DNA of 37,799 nucleotides from an uncultured Bacteroidota bacterium (GTDB taxonomy: Bacteria > Bacteroidota > Bacteroidia > Chitinophagales > Chitinophagaceae), in NCBI GenBank assembly GCA_903913355.1, contig CAIWKU010000376.1, forward strand, positions 1 to 37,799, in the 5' to 3' direction. Below, piece after piece: positions 10,615 through 20,678 of the stretch. A program made the translations under genes and the position numbers. A model generated the notes under the pieces. That model made no database searches. It was given only the letters and a program-made list of their open reading frames with translations, and was not told the DNA's origin. Numbering within the stretch: the first letter of the stretch is position 1; every line of letters begins with the position of its first letter.

Positions 10615-11253
10615 ATGCATTTTGATGTTGAAATTCTGCTTCGCTTTCTATTGGCAGCATTATGGGGCGGGATTGTTGGCTCTGAAAGACAATACAGAAG
10701 TAAGTCGGCCGGATTTCGTACCATGATCATGATATCTATGGGAGCCTGCTTTTTTACCATCATGTCTATCCAGATTGGAGGTCCTGGCAACCCCGACAGG
10801 ATTGCTTCCAATATTGTTACAGGAATCGGATTTCTGGGTGCCGGTGTTATTTTTCGTGGTGAGAACAGAATCAATGGTATTACCACAGCAGCTACCATCT
10901 GGGCGGTTGCAGCAGTAGGTATGGGTATAGGAGCTGGTTACTATTTCCCTGCCGCAAGTGCTTCTATTCTTATTCTCTTTGTGCTGGCTGTTTTACCCTA
11001 TTTTGAAAATATCATCGAAAGACTAAATCAGTCGAAAGTGTATTCTATTGCCTGTCCTTTTTCAGAAAACACGACTACCCGCTATGAAGAAATTCTGAAA
11101 ACCCATAGGCTTAGATATAAACTGACCAAACAGCTGAAAGAAAATTCCCTAATTTCCATTACCTGGGAAACGGAAGGACACGCCAAAAGCCACGAATCCT
11201 TTATTGCTGAAATGATGAAGGATGGTTTCTTAGAAAAATTCGAGTATGTGTAG
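10615..11253 (+). CDS. MgtC/SapB family membrane protein
   Basis: GSERQYRSKSAGFRT, DRIASNIVTGIGFLGAGVI and GITTAATIWAVAAVGM, with a C-terminal ACT-like domain. Confidence 0.93.
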   Translation: MHFDVEILLRFLLAALWGGIVGSERQYRSKSAGFRTMIMISMGACFFTIMSIQIGGPGNPDRIASNIVTGIGFLGAGVIFRGENRINGITTAATIWAVAAVGMGIGAGYYFPAASASILILFVLAVLPYFENIIERLNQSKVYSIACPFSENTTTRYEEILKTHRLRYKLTKQLKENSLISITWETEGHAKSHESFIAEMMKDGFLEKFEYV

Positions 11254-11305
11254 TAAGTAAATTCCAGTATAGAAATTCCCGTAATCAGCAATGATTTACA
11301 AAACC

Positions 11306-12538
11306 TCAGAAAACTTCACCCAAATTGGCAAAAATTCCTTGTGAACCATGTAGCCCCCATCCATAATCTAATGCAATAAACGTTTTTGAAAATTTATTCA
11401 ACTTAACCCTGATTCCTAAACCGTACCCGGGTAAAACGGTTTGAAACTGTTTACTTACCGGTTCGGTATAACTCTGTGCATTCAAAAAAACGACTGCACC
11501 AAACATCCGGTTCCTGCTGATATTCATCCGGTATTCAGATTCACCATATATCAGGTTCTGTCCACGAAATCGTCCTTGTATATACCCCCTGCCCATATTC
11601 AAATAGGTATCGCTGGCTGTACTTGCCAGATTCAAATACGGTGCTTTACCCGTGATATTAAACCAGTCATAAGTCCAAAAAGCCAAGGTATTCTTTGATC
11701 CTTCTGGAAAATGAATATATTTTCTGGCATCTATCAATAATGATTGCCAGTTTTGATCGCTGCCTAAAAAGGTAAAATTATTCCTGAGTACAACGTTCGC
11801 ATAATAGCCCGGTTGAGGATTAATTGAATTTCTTCGGGTATCGTACAAAAAATTAAGCGTAATTCCTGAAGCAACTGATTTTTTTGAGAATCCATATTTC
11901 TGAAAATCAGTAACCACTCCAGTAGGGGGATCTACTTCCTGTATATTCCAATAATAATCCAGATCATACCCCATACCCAGATAAAGATCTGGTGAAATTA
12001 CTTTCATATATGCCTGATACAATCTGACATAGTTATAATCAATCGTATATTGATTAGCAACAGTTGTCATTCCGCCAAGTCCATAGGTAGATTGTGGAAA
12101 TTTTTCGTAATGCCAGTCAGTAAGGATATTGGCCTTATTACCTTTGGTCCAAATACTTCCTTCAATAGGAACAAAAAATTGTTTTTTCTGTGTATAGTTT
12201 ATACTTGTAAGAAAGCTGGAAATATTTTCATCAGACCGATCGCTTGTATAAAAAGCAGTATTGGCTACGATTTCAGCAGCAAATCCTGTTTGTAAAGTGT
12301 ATTGTGCGGCTGGTAATACTGAAGTATGAAACTTACCAATCCTGGATTCGCCGGCATCGGTTCTCGGTGGCGCATGGGGCCTGATTACTTTTTGAATGAT
12401 ATCGAGCAGATCTATTTCATTTCCTTTTATGAGACTATCCGCAGCAATTTTGCTCAAGGAGTCCTTTGAAATGTTTGATTGAGCATTTGTTTCAAAAAAT
12501 GAACCCACTAAAAAAAAGAAACATGTTAGATATTTCAA
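11306..12538 (-). CDS. BamA/TamA (Omp85) family outer-membrane beta-barrel protein without evident POTRA domains
   Basis: YDTRRNSINP, the loop-6-like motif MGRGYIQGRFRG and C-terminal ANLGEVF. Start is uncertain; TTG at 12538 gives a signal peptide. Confidence 0.8.
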   Translation of the reverse strand: MKYLTCFFFLVGSFFETNAQSNISKDSLSKIAADSLIKGNEIDLLDIIQKVIRPHAPPRTDAGESRIGKFHTSVLPAAQYTLQTGFAAEIVANTAFYTSDRSDENISSFLTSINYTQKKQFFVPIEGSIWTKGNKANILTDWHYEKFPQSTYGLGGMTTVANQYTIDYNYVRLYQAYMKVISPDLYLGMGYDLDYYWNIQEVDPPTGVVTDFQKYGFSKKSVASGITLNFLYDTRRNSINPQPGYYANVVLRNNFTFLGSDQNWQSLLIDARKYIHFPEGSKNTLAFWTYDWFNITGKAPYLNLASTASDTYLNMGRGYIQGRFRGQNLIYGESEYRMNISRNRMFGAVVFLNAQSYTEPVSKQFQTVLPGYGLGIRVKLNKFSKTFIALDYGWGLHGSQGIFANLGEVF

Positions 12539-12674
12539 TGTGACTGTCTTGTATAAGATTATAAGATGCAATGTAACTTTTGCTTTGCTATCAAAAAAGA
12601 GTTAATGGTATTTTAAGCCAAAGTGAAATTTTAAATAGTCAATCTCATCATTTCTAATGAGAAATGAGTATAGT

Positions 12675-13946
12675 TTAAAAGGATAATTGAGTAAATTTTT
12701 CGATTTTTTTGGGTGGCCAGTAATCATAAGGAAGCAAAGTGGCCATGGTTTCCCACCATGCCCAGAATTTTCGTGTTTTTAAATCATGTGCTCCAAAATA
12801 AAAACCATTATACAATACAGAAATTGTATGCTGATTCCATAAGGATATTTCAGATACAGGGTGCTCATCAAACCGATGTTCCCTCGAAATCCGTTTATAT
12901 TCCAGAGGTGCTTTTTTGAGTAAATAGGTTACCTGTAAAGAGTCTTTAAAATACATTCCCGCCGTTGAAGAATCAATTGCAAAACCGATACTGTCTGCCG
13001 GCACAATGGCAAAACTGATAATAGAATCGGGTTGTAGTAATGCTTTTTTATATACGGAAGTAGAGTCTATCAGTTTTGTAGAATCAATTACCTGCTGCCC
13101 TTTCAATACCTGCCATTTACTAACTGTTTGTACAATTGTATCCGGATTGGCTTTGAATATTTGTCTCGCCTTCTCTTTTATACTGTTTTGAACTTTTGCA
13201 AGGCTTCTCATTTCAAAACCCTGTTTTTCCAACTGATTGGTAAAAAATGTTCTCATAAAATGCATGACAGACCCTTCATAAACATCTTTCCTTCTTTCCT
13301 GCCATTTTCGGATTTTGGCGCCTGATTTGCCCTGCGACATATCCTTAAAAAGTGGATAACCATTTAGCACCAAAATATGCGTATTATAATCATACTCAAA
13401 TTCCTCCATTTGATATTGAATGGTATATCCCAAAGATTCATTCACAATTACCAGTGGACTGTTCGCAAATGCGTTTAGGGTATTGCTATGACTACTTTTT
13501 CGAAATCGGATGACTTCCGGATTGGTTAGTGTGCAGCCTGTAGAATAAAAAGAAGTGCCAATAAAATTATCAAGAAAAAACTGTCCGTATTTTTCCCAAC
13601 CACCTTTCTCAATTGGGTCTAGTACAAGGTCGGGAAGTCCGGCGGTTTGTGGTTTCAGAAGAATCGTCATATCCCCTGAAATCTTATCCGAACGCATCAG
13701 TTGCGTGTACGTTCCAAAACCTACTAAAGAAACAATCAGCTCAAAACGACCTTGTGGTATTCTTTTTAGTCGGAATCGCCCGTCTGCATCTGTTGTTACG
13801 CCAAAAGAAGTATGACTCAAAAAAACCGCTGCTAGTGGAACTGGCTCTTTGGTATCTGCATTGATCACTTTTCCAGAAATCGTGTATTGAGATTGAGCTG
13901 AAAAAGCGTAAACAAATAAAAGCAAAAACAAGCAAGTTCGTTTCAT
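12675..13946 (-). CDS. Secreted protein with an N-terminal carboxypeptidase regulatory-like (CarbopepD_reg_2) domain
   Basis: Signal peptide, ISGKVINADTKEPVPLAAVFL...TDADGRF...VSLVGF, NESLGYTIQY, YEGSVMHF and terminal LLPYDY. Confidence 0.85.
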   Translation of the reverse strand: MKRTCLFLLLFVYAFSAQSQYTISGKVINADTKEPVPLAAVFLSHTSFGVTTDADGRFRLKRIPQGRFELIVSLVGFGTYTQLMRSDKISGDMTILLKPQTAGLPDLVLDPIEKGGWEKYGQFFLDNFIGTSFYSTGCTLTNPEVIRFRKSSHSNTLNAFANSPLVIVNESLGYTIQYQMEEFEYDYNTHILVLNGYPLFKDMSQGKSGAKIRKWQERRKDVYEGSVMHFMRTFFTNQLEKQGFEMRSLAKVQNSIKEKARQIFKANPDTIVQTVSKWQVLKGQQVIDSTKLIDSTSVYKKALLQPDSIISFAIVPADSIGFAIDSSTAGMYFKDSLQVTYLLKKAPLEYKRISREHRFDEHPVSEISLWNQHTISVLYNGFYFGAHDLKTRKFWAWWETMATLLPYDYWPPKKIEKFTQLSF

Positions 13947-14137
13947 GTTATTTCCACTCTTGGTTTTTAAAAGATAAGAAAAACATCTATTTCCGGTATA
14001 CAGATAGAAAAATAAAGTAGTTCTTTAACAGAATAGAGAAATTATTTTCCTTTTCCCTCAGTCGGTTACAGGAAATCATAAACATAATATTTTATCACAT
14101 CTTCCAAAAAATCAGTCGAATATCCTAAATTACTTCC

Positions 14138-15436
14138 ATGTCAACCCCTACCTTAAAACGCACCCTTACTCCCGCATTACTTTGGGGACTGGGCGTGGGT
14201 TATGTAATATCCGGGATGTATTTTGGCTGGAACCTCGGACTTGAAAAAGGCGGTGTTTATGGTATGGCCATCGCCACATTTTTTGTAATCATTCTGTATA
14301 CCTGTTTTAGTTTTTCATATGCTGAGCTTGCCTGCGCCATTCCTAAAGCAGGAGGTGCTTATGATTATGCGGAAAAAGCTTTTAAAAAGGACCTGGGTTT
14401 TATTGCCGGAATCGCACAAATCATTGAATTTGTATTTGCACCTCCTGCCATTGCCATTGCCATTGGCACGTATTTCAATCTGGCTTTTCCGCAAATACCC
14501 GTTATTGCCGGAGCCATAATGGTGTATTTGTTTTTTACGGCATTAAATATTTACGGAGTAAAAGCGGCAGCTGGTTTCGAATTAGCTGTCACCATTTTAG
14601 CAGTTGGGGAACTACTCTTATTTGCAGGATTAACATTACCTCATTTTTCTACTACACAGTTTGTCCATAATGCATTCCCACATGGCTGGGCTGGGGCTTT
14701 TGCTGCATTACCCTTTGCCATCTGGTTCTTTCTGGGAATAGAAGGCGTGGCCAATGTTGCCGAAGAAAGCCTGAATCCACAAAAAGATATTGTAAAAGGA
14801 TTTGGTTGGGCCATCCTCACTTTGGTAATTCTTTGTTTATTGGTATTCATCGCTTCAATAGGTGTTGGTGGATGGGAGAATATCGTTTACCTGAAAAACG
14901 GCGAAAGCTCCGATTCTCCGCTGCCATTGGCGCTCGGCAAATTATTTTCTCCCGATCATGTATATTATAAATTGCTGATTGGGATCGGTTTATTTGGATT
15001 AATCGCTTCTTTTCATGGATTGCTCTTAGCAAGCGGAAGAGCCAGTTTTGAATTTGGCAAAATTGGCAATGCTCCAAAACTATTGGGCGCTATTCATCGG
15101 AAATTTCAAACACCCGCCAATGCGTTAATCTGCAATGCGGTATTGGGGATAATCATTGTATGTACTGGCAGAACAGCTGAAATCATTGTTCTCTCTGTAT
15201 TTGGTGCAGTTACCCTGTATATAATTTCTATGCTTTCGCTTATCCGACTTAGAAAAAATGAACCAACCCTAACACGCCCTTTTCGGGTTCCCTTCTATCC
15301 GTTTACTCCCATCATTGCATTGGTACTGGCCATATTGTCTTTAACAGCCCTATGTTATTACAACGCTTTTCTGGCCATTTTATATTTTGGCTTATTGACA
15401 ATTTTTTACCTGGCATTTAAATTATTCAAACGATGA
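14138..15436 (+). CDS. eat: Ethanolamine permease (APC superfamily, EAT family)
   Basis: LWGLGVGYVISGMYFGWNLGL, ELACAIPKAGG, LPFAIWFFLGIEG and GLIASFHG are EAT-family signatures; about 12 transmembrane segments. Confidence 0.85.
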   Translation: MSTPTLKRTLTPALLWGLGVGYVISGMYFGWNLGLEKGGVYGMAIATFFVIILYTCFSFSYAELACAIPKAGGAYDYAEKAFKKDLGFIAGIAQIIEFVFAPPAIAIAIGTYFNLAFPQIPVIAGAIMVYLFFTALNIYGVKAAAGFELAVTILAVGELLLFAGLTLPHFSTTQFVHNAFPHGWAGAFAALPFAIWFFLGIEGVANVAEESLNPQKDIVKGFGWAILTLVILCLLVFIASIGVGGWENIVYLKNGESSDSPLPLALGKLFSPDHVYYKLLIGIGLFGLIASFHGLLLASGRASFEFGKIGNAPKLLGAIHRKFQTPANALICNAVLGIIIVCTGRTAEIIVLSVFGAVTLYIISMLSLIRLRKNEPTLTRPFRVPFYPFTPIIALVLAILSLTALCYYNAFLAILYFGLLTIFYLAFKLFKR

Positions 15437-16791
15437 ATACTCAGTCTATCTTCAATTATGTAAAACAACATCCTTCCGGGAGGGTTAAGATTGCGGTATC
15501 GGATATTGATGGAGTACTTAGGGGAAAGTATATTTCTGCCGAAAAGTTTTTATCAGTTGCCGAAACAGATATGGGTTTTTGTGATGTGGTATTCGGATGG
15601 GACATGAACGATGCTGCTTATGATAATGCCAGTTATACCGGATGGCACACAGGCTATCCGGATGCAAAATTGAAAATCATTCTCAGCAGTTTCCGTAAAA
15701 TACCCTGGGAAAATGATACTCCCTTTTTTCTGGGTGAATTCATTGATGCAAAAGGAAATCCACTGGCTATCTGCCCCAGACAGGTATTACAAAAAGTAAT
15801 CGCACAAGCTTCCAAAGCCGGATACAACGCAAAGTTCTCTCAGGAATTTGAATGGTTTAATTTTGCAGAAACCTCTCATTCCTTTGCAGACAAAGGAGGC
15901 AGAAACCTTACCCCGCTTACACCCGGCATGTTTGGGTATTCCATATTACGCAGCACAGAACGAAATGATTTTTTTTCGGACCTTTTTGATCTCCTGAAAA
16001 AATTTGATATCCCGTTAGAAGGCCTGCATACTGAAACCGGTCCCGGTGTGTATGAAGCGGCTATAGCTTTTGGAGATATCCTCAGCTCCGCAGACAGGGC
16101 CGTTCTTTTTAAAACAGCAGTGAAAGAAATAGCCGGCCTAAACGGAATCATGGCCACATTCATGGCAAAATTCAGCGAGAATCTACCAGGATGTAGTGGG
16201 CATGTTCACCAATCTTTATGGGATAAGCGTTCCCAAAATAACCTGTTTCATGATGCGAAGGATAAACAAAGGATGAGTCCATTAATGAAGAATTATCTGG
16301 CCGGGCAATTGCATTGCCTACCACATATTCTACCCATGGTGGCCCCAACCATTAATTCGTATAAGCGTTTGGTGGAGGGTGCATGGGCTCCTACTACTGT
16401 TACTTGGGGTTTAGACAACCGAACTGTTGCTTTACGTGCGCTAACAGAAGGGAAAAAATCATGTCGGCTTGAAACCCGTGTAGTAGGTAGTGACACCAAC
16501 CCCTATCTGGCCATGGCTGCTTGTTTAGCCGCCGGTTTGTATGGGATCCGAAAAAAATTAACACTCAAACAACCTGCAACAGCAGGTAATGGATACCAGG
16601 ATCTATCAAATGGTCGGTTTCCAAAAAGTTTGGATGAAGCTACCCAGTTGATGAAAACATCTGCCATTGCAAAAGAATTATTCGGCGAGGTTTTTGTACA
16701 ACATTTTACCCAAACCCGTGAATGGGAGGTAAAGCAGTTTGCCAAAGTAGTTACTGACTGGGAGCTAAAACGTTACTTTGAAATAATATAA
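15433..16791 (+). CDS. Glutamine synthetase-like gamma-glutamyl-amine ligase (GlnA4/PuuA-like)
   Basis: DIDGVLRGK, EFEWF, HTETGPGVYE, PGCSGHVHQSLW, NSYKRL, WGLDNRT and RLETRVVGSDTNPY. ATGA overlap with the permease. Confidence 0.88.
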   Translation: MNTQSIFNYVKQHPSGRVKIAVSDIDGVLRGKYISAEKFLSVAETDMGFCDVVFGWDMNDAAYDNASYTGWHTGYPDAKLKIILSSFRKIPWENDTPFFLGEFIDAKGNPLAICPRQVLQKVIAQASKAGYNAKFSQEFEWFNFAETSHSFADKGGRNLTPLTPGMFGYSILRSTERNDFFSDLFDLLKKFDIPLEGLHTETGPGVYEAAIAFGDILSSADRAVLFKTAVKEIAGLNGIMATFMAKFSENLPGCSGHVHQSLWDKRSQNNLFHDAKDKQRMSPLMKNYLAGQLHCLPHILPMVAPTINSYKRLVEGAWAPTTVTWGLDNRTVALRALTEGKKSCRLETRVVGSDTNPYLAMAACLAAGLYGIRKKLTLKQPATAGNGYQDLSNGRFPKSLDEATQLMKTSAIAKELFGEVFVQHFTQTREWEVKQFAKVVTDWELKRYFEII

Positions 16792-16830
16792 ACTTCTTTC
16801 TGATTGCTTGTCATATCCTTTTTTTGCGCT

Positions 16831-16838
16831 TAGGTTTG
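16831..16838 (+). promoter_or_regulatory. Bacteroidota sigma70 -7 element (TAnnTTTG), possible internal promoter
   Basis: TAGGTTTG in the 142-nt gap upstream of the Fe-ADH gene. Confidence 0.45.
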
Positions 16839-16933
16839 TATGAGCGTTATCCTGTCATTATTTGATAGTTAGGTCAGGATGCTAACTGTTTGCCACTAGA
16901 AACACCAGTTATTGATTAAACACATTATTGATT

Positions 16934-18073
16934 ATGCCTGTTTCACAATTTAATTTTCCAACGATTATCCGTTTTGGTGCGGGTGCTGTAGAGGAACTAC
17001 CTGCTTATTTAAAAACCAATCAGTTACAAAAACCCTTGATTGTTACAGATCCTACTATTGCAGGATTGTCTTTCTTTAAAAAAATTGTAACGGATCTTTC
17101 TGCGAAAGGATTTTTAGTAACTGTATTTCACGATACTCATAAGAACCCGGTTAAATCTGATGTATATAAAGGAACAGAGGTCTTCGATTTTTCAAAATCG
17201 GACTGTATCATAGGTATTGGGGGAGGCGCAGCGATTGATGTGGCCAGGGCAATTTTGTTACGTATCAATCACCGTGAAGATCTTTTCAAATATGACGACC
17301 TGATTGGCGGTGATATCTATGTTACGAATGAAGTGCCGCATTTTATTACCATTCCTACTACTGCGGGAACAGGAAGTGAAGTAGGCAGGTCGGCGATTAT
17401 TGCTGATGATGACACCCATCAGAAAAAAATATTGTTCTCTCCAAAATTGCTAGCTAAAATTGTTTTTGCGGATCCTTTACTTACCATGGACCTGCCTCCA
17501 TTTATCACTGCTGCTACAGGTATGGATGCCCTAACACATAATATGGAAGCATTTCTCGCAAAAAATTATCATCCGATTTGTGATGGCATTGCCCTTGAAG
17601 GAATCCGACTAATAGCGGGCTCATTAGAACAGGCCGTGAATGCCCCAACTATCTCCTCACGTTCAGATATGTTACTTGCTTCGATGATGGGGGCGATTGC
17701 GTTTCAGAAAGGATTGGGTGTAGTTCATTCTCTGGCACATCCTATGTCTGCATTGCTGGATACACACCATGGTTTAGCCAATGCCGTGAACCTTCCATAT
17801 GGTATGCGCTTTAATATTAGCGGGTCAGAAGAAAAATTTGTAAGAATCGCACGTGCATTGGAGTTGAAAAATGAAAGCGGCGAGGGCGTTGTGGAATATC
17901 TTTTTGATCTGAACTCGCGCGTTCATATACCTAATAAACTAAGCGAAGTGGGTGTTGAATCAAAACATATTGAAACACTCGCAGATCTTGCATTTGCAGA
18001 TTTTGCGCATCCCAATAACCCTAAGCCGGTAACGCGTGCTGATTTTAAAACACTTTACGAATCTGCACTATAA
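16934..18073 (+). CDS. Iron-containing alcohol dehydrogenase
   Basis: GGGAAIDVAR, PTTAGTGSE and the metal ligands DALTH, HSLAH and HHGLAN. Start at ATG 16934. Confidence 0.93.
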   Translation: MPVSQFNFPTIIRFGAGAVEELPAYLKTNQLQKPLIVTDPTIAGLSFFKKIVTDLSAKGFLVTVFHDTHKNPVKSDVYKGTEVFDFSKSDCIIGIGGGAAIDVARAILLRINHREDLFKYDDLIGGDIYVTNEVPHFITIPTTAGTGSEVGRSAIIADDDTHQKKILFSPKLLAKIVFADPLLTMDLPPFITAATGMDALTHNMEAFLAKNYHPICDGIALEGIRLIAGSLEQAVNAPTISSRSDMLLASMMGAIAFQKGLGVVHSLAHPMSALLDTHHGLANAVNLPYGMRFNISGSEEKFVRIARALELKNESGEGVVEYLFDLNSRVHIPNKLSEVGVESKHIETLADLAFADFAHPNNPKPVTRADFKTLYESAL

Positions 18074-18076
18074 ATC

Positions 18077-18778
18077 ATGACAAAAAAAATAACCATAGGT
18101 ATTACAGCATCAGAATCGAGATTTCAAAATTATCTTGACTGGATTCAGGGAGACAATGCAAATATTGAATTGATTACCCTTTCCTATGAAACACAGAATA
18201 CAGATGATGTAAAAAGATGCCAGGGTATTCTGTTATCTGGTGGTGTAGATATAACACCCGCTTTTTATAATAGCCAGAGAATCCGCTATCCGAATATGCC
18301 CAAAGAATGGAATAAGGAAAGAGATATTTTTGAAATGAAGGTTCTTCAGCTATCTATCGAAAACCAATTACCAATACTCGCTATCTGTCGCGGATTGCAA
18401 TTACTCAATACTTTTCTGGGCGGAACACTGATTCCTGATTTGGAAGAATCGGGCAAACAAGATCACAAAAGAAAAGAGGATAAAGATGGTCTTCACACTA
18501 TTACTATTGCTGAAAATAGTTTGCTGTTTTCAATTACCGGTAGTTTATCCGGAGAAGTGAATAGTGCACACCACCAGGCCATTGACCTGGTTTCAGATAG
18601 CCTGGTAGTAAATGCGGTTTCAACGGATGGTGTTATTGAAGGCGTTGAATGGAAAGACCCTGACAATAAATCTCCACTGCTGGGTGTGCAATGGCATCCC
18701 GAAAGAATGGATGATAAAAAAACAAATCCTCTTTCTGAAAATATCCTTAGCTGGTTTTTATCAGAAGCAAATCAATAA
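18077..18778 (+). CDS. Gamma-glutamyl-amide hydrolase, peptidase C26 / PuuD-like class I amidotransferase
   Basis: LSGGVDI, catalytic ICRGLQ, NSAHHQ and QWHPE. Starts 3 nt after the ADH stop. Confidence 0.9.
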   Translation: MTKKITIGITASESRFQNYLDWIQGDNANIELITLSYETQNTDDVKRCQGILLSGGVDITPAFYNSQRIRYPNMPKEWNKERDIFEMKVLQLSIENQLPILAICRGLQLLNTFLGGTLIPDLEESGKQDHKRKEDKDGLHTITIAENSLLFSITGSLSGEVNSAHHQAIDLVSDSLVVNAVSTDGVIEGVEWKDPDNKSPLLGVQWHPERMDDKKTNPLSENILSWFLSEANQ

Positions 18779-18782
18779 CTGT

Positions 18783-20147
18783 ATGAAAATTTTTAATCCG
18801 GCTACAGCTGAACTGATTACTACACTTGAGGCAGATACGGCAGAAAGTCTCTCTGAAAAAATACGCTTGCTTCGTCTTGGTCAAAAAGAATGGTCGGCCA
18901 CCGATCTGGCTGTCAGGATTACCATCCTTCAGCGGTATGCCCTGCTGCTTTCCAAAAATATCGAAGCGCTCTCTGCGATCTTAAGTTCTGAAACAGGCAA
19001 ACCTTTACAACAATCGGTTAATGAGATCAAGGGAGCCTGTGCAAGAATTGACTGGCTTACTGCTAACGCAGAAAAATATTTACGCCCGGAATGGATGGTT
19101 GAAGAGGGAGGCACTAAGGAAAAAATCGTTTATGAACCCTTGGGAGTAGTGGCTAATATCTCTGCCTGGAATTATCCTTATCTGGTGGGTACTAATGTTT
19201 TTATACCCGCATTATTGGCAGGGAATGCTGTGTTATATAAACCTTCAGAACTAGCCAGTCTTACCGGTTTACAGATTCAAAAATATTTACACGAAGCAGG
19301 TGTTCCGGCAAATGTATTTCAGGCAGGGATTGGTGCAGGAGATCTGGGAGAAATGATTTTAGAAGAAAAGCTGGACGGATATTTTTTCACCGGTTCTTAT
19401 AAAACCGGTAAGCATATTTATGAGAAAGTGAGTAAATATATGGTGCCCTGCGGACTGGAACTAGGTGGTAAAGACCCTTTATATGTAACAGATGATATTA
19501 CCGATATTGCCGCTGTTGCAGCCGGTACTGCTGATGGCGCGTTTTATAATAATGGACAGAGTTGTTGTTCGGTAGAACGTATTTATGTACATGAAAAAGT
19601 ATACGATGCCTATCTGGATGCATTTCTAAAAGAAGTGGCTTCTTATCAGATAGGTTTGCCAACCGAAGAAAATGTATATATCGCTGCACTTACCAGAAAG
19701 GAGCAGGTACAGCTCTTAATGGCACAGGTAGCAGATGCAGTAAACAAGGGGGCTTCGGTTGCCTTGGGGGGTAAACAACTAAACAGGGCTGGCAATTATT
19801 TTGCGCCTACCGTGCTGGTAAATGTGACACATGATATGGAGGTTATGAAAGAAGAATCTTTCGGACCCATTATCGGAATCATGAAAGTTAGCGGTGATGA
19901 GGAAGCCGTCCGGCTCATGAACGATACGGAATATGGACTAACCGCTTCCGTTTATTCCAATAACCAGTCAAGGGCTGCCCGGATTGAGGAGCAACTAAAT
20001 GTGGGTACAGTTTACTGGAATTGTTGTGACAGAGTTAGCGCTGCCCTACCCTGGAGCGGAAGAAAACATAGTGGATTTGGCAGTACTTTATCTCACGCCG
20101 GATTACGGGTATTTACCCGGCCCAAAGCCTGGCATCTAAGAGGCTAA
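18783..20147 (+). CDS. NAD(P)-dependent aldehyde dehydrogenase
   Basis: SAWNYP, KPSE, FTGS, LELGGKDP, GQSCC (catalytic Cys) and EESFGP. Start taken at ATG 18783, 4 nt after the C26 stop. Confidence 0.94.
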   Translation: MKIFNPATAELITTLEADTAESLSEKIRLLRLGQKEWSATDLAVRITILQRYALLLSKNIEALSAILSSETGKPLQQSVNEIKGACARIDWLTANAEKYLRPEWMVEEGGTKEKIVYEPLGVVANISAWNYPYLVGTNVFIPALLAGNAVLYKPSELASLTGLQIQKYLHEAGVPANVFQAGIGAGDLGEMILEEKLDGYFFTGSYKTGKHIYEKVSKYMVPCGLELGGKDPLYVTDDITDIAAVAAGTADGAFYNNGQSCCSVERIYVHEKVYDAYLDAFLKEVASYQIGLPTEENVYIAALTRKEQVQLLMAQVADAVNKGASVALGGKQLNRAGNYFAPTVLVNVTHDMEVMKEESFGPIIGIMKVSGDEEAVRLMNDTEYGLTASVYSNNQSRAARIEEQLNVGTVYWNCCDRVSAALPWSGRKHSGFGSTLSHAGLRVFTRPKAWHLRG

Positions 20148-20275
20148 TAGGTAATTTAGATATGTATTTACGATAATATTTTTCATATTAATTATTTATT
20201 AACTATTTTCCTTTTACTGGCTTTTGGGTTACTTTTTTATAAAAAATGGTATAAAGGGGAACTATTACGTGTAAA

Positions 20276-20566
20276 ATGATACAAAAAACATACTACAAAA
20301 CGAAAGATTACGCAAAAATCAAATTTTCTTTCACTGTTGAAAATGCCAGTAGCATCGATATTTTTGGTCTGAATGGAGACTGGAAAACCCCGATTTCACT
20401 CAGTAAAAAGAAAGATGGCAGCTTTAGCGCCGATGTATCCTTACCCAAAGATTCCCGCCACGAGTTCAAATACCTGGTAAATAGTACAGAATGGTTTAAT
20501 GATCCATCTGCTGATGGAGAGAGCCAGAATGAGTTTGGCGGAACCAATAGCGTGCTCAGCATCTAA
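20276..20566 (+). CDS. Isoamylase early-set / CBM48-like glycogen-binding domain protein
   Basis: GLNGDW, LSKKKDGSF, HEFKYLVNSTEWFND and NEFGGTNSVL. Confidence 0.85.
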   Translation: MIQKTYYKTKDYAKIKFSFTVENASSIDIFGLNGDWKTPISLSKKKDGSFSADVSLPKDSRHEFKYLVNSTEWFNDPSADGESQNEFGGTNSVLSI

Positions 20567-20678
20567 AAATTATCGTTACTAATTTTTGTCTCTTAGCATT
20601 TTCTGAAAACTTCTGATCAGGCTAAGGGGCATTCTTATGCCTGTCAACGTCTGGAATCTGCGATTTTAAAAAAAATCC

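Noticed and set aside
10374-10898. 174-aa minus-strand ORF and the other short antisense or alternate-frame ORFs in the track
   Set aside because: They are shadows of well-supported genes (here MgtC) and carry no recognisable motifs.
15433-16791. Calling the GS-like gene the housekeeping glutamine synthetase glnA, or the cluster a putrescine (puu) operon
   Set aside because: Coupling to an ethanolamine-type permease, Fe-ADH and C26 hydrolase, with no PuuB-type oxidase, fits amino-alcohol glutamylation better.
18612-18782. 57-aa N-terminal extension of the ALDH in the ORF track
   Set aside because: It overlaps the C26 hydrolase in another frame; ALDH-like sequence begins at ATG 18783.
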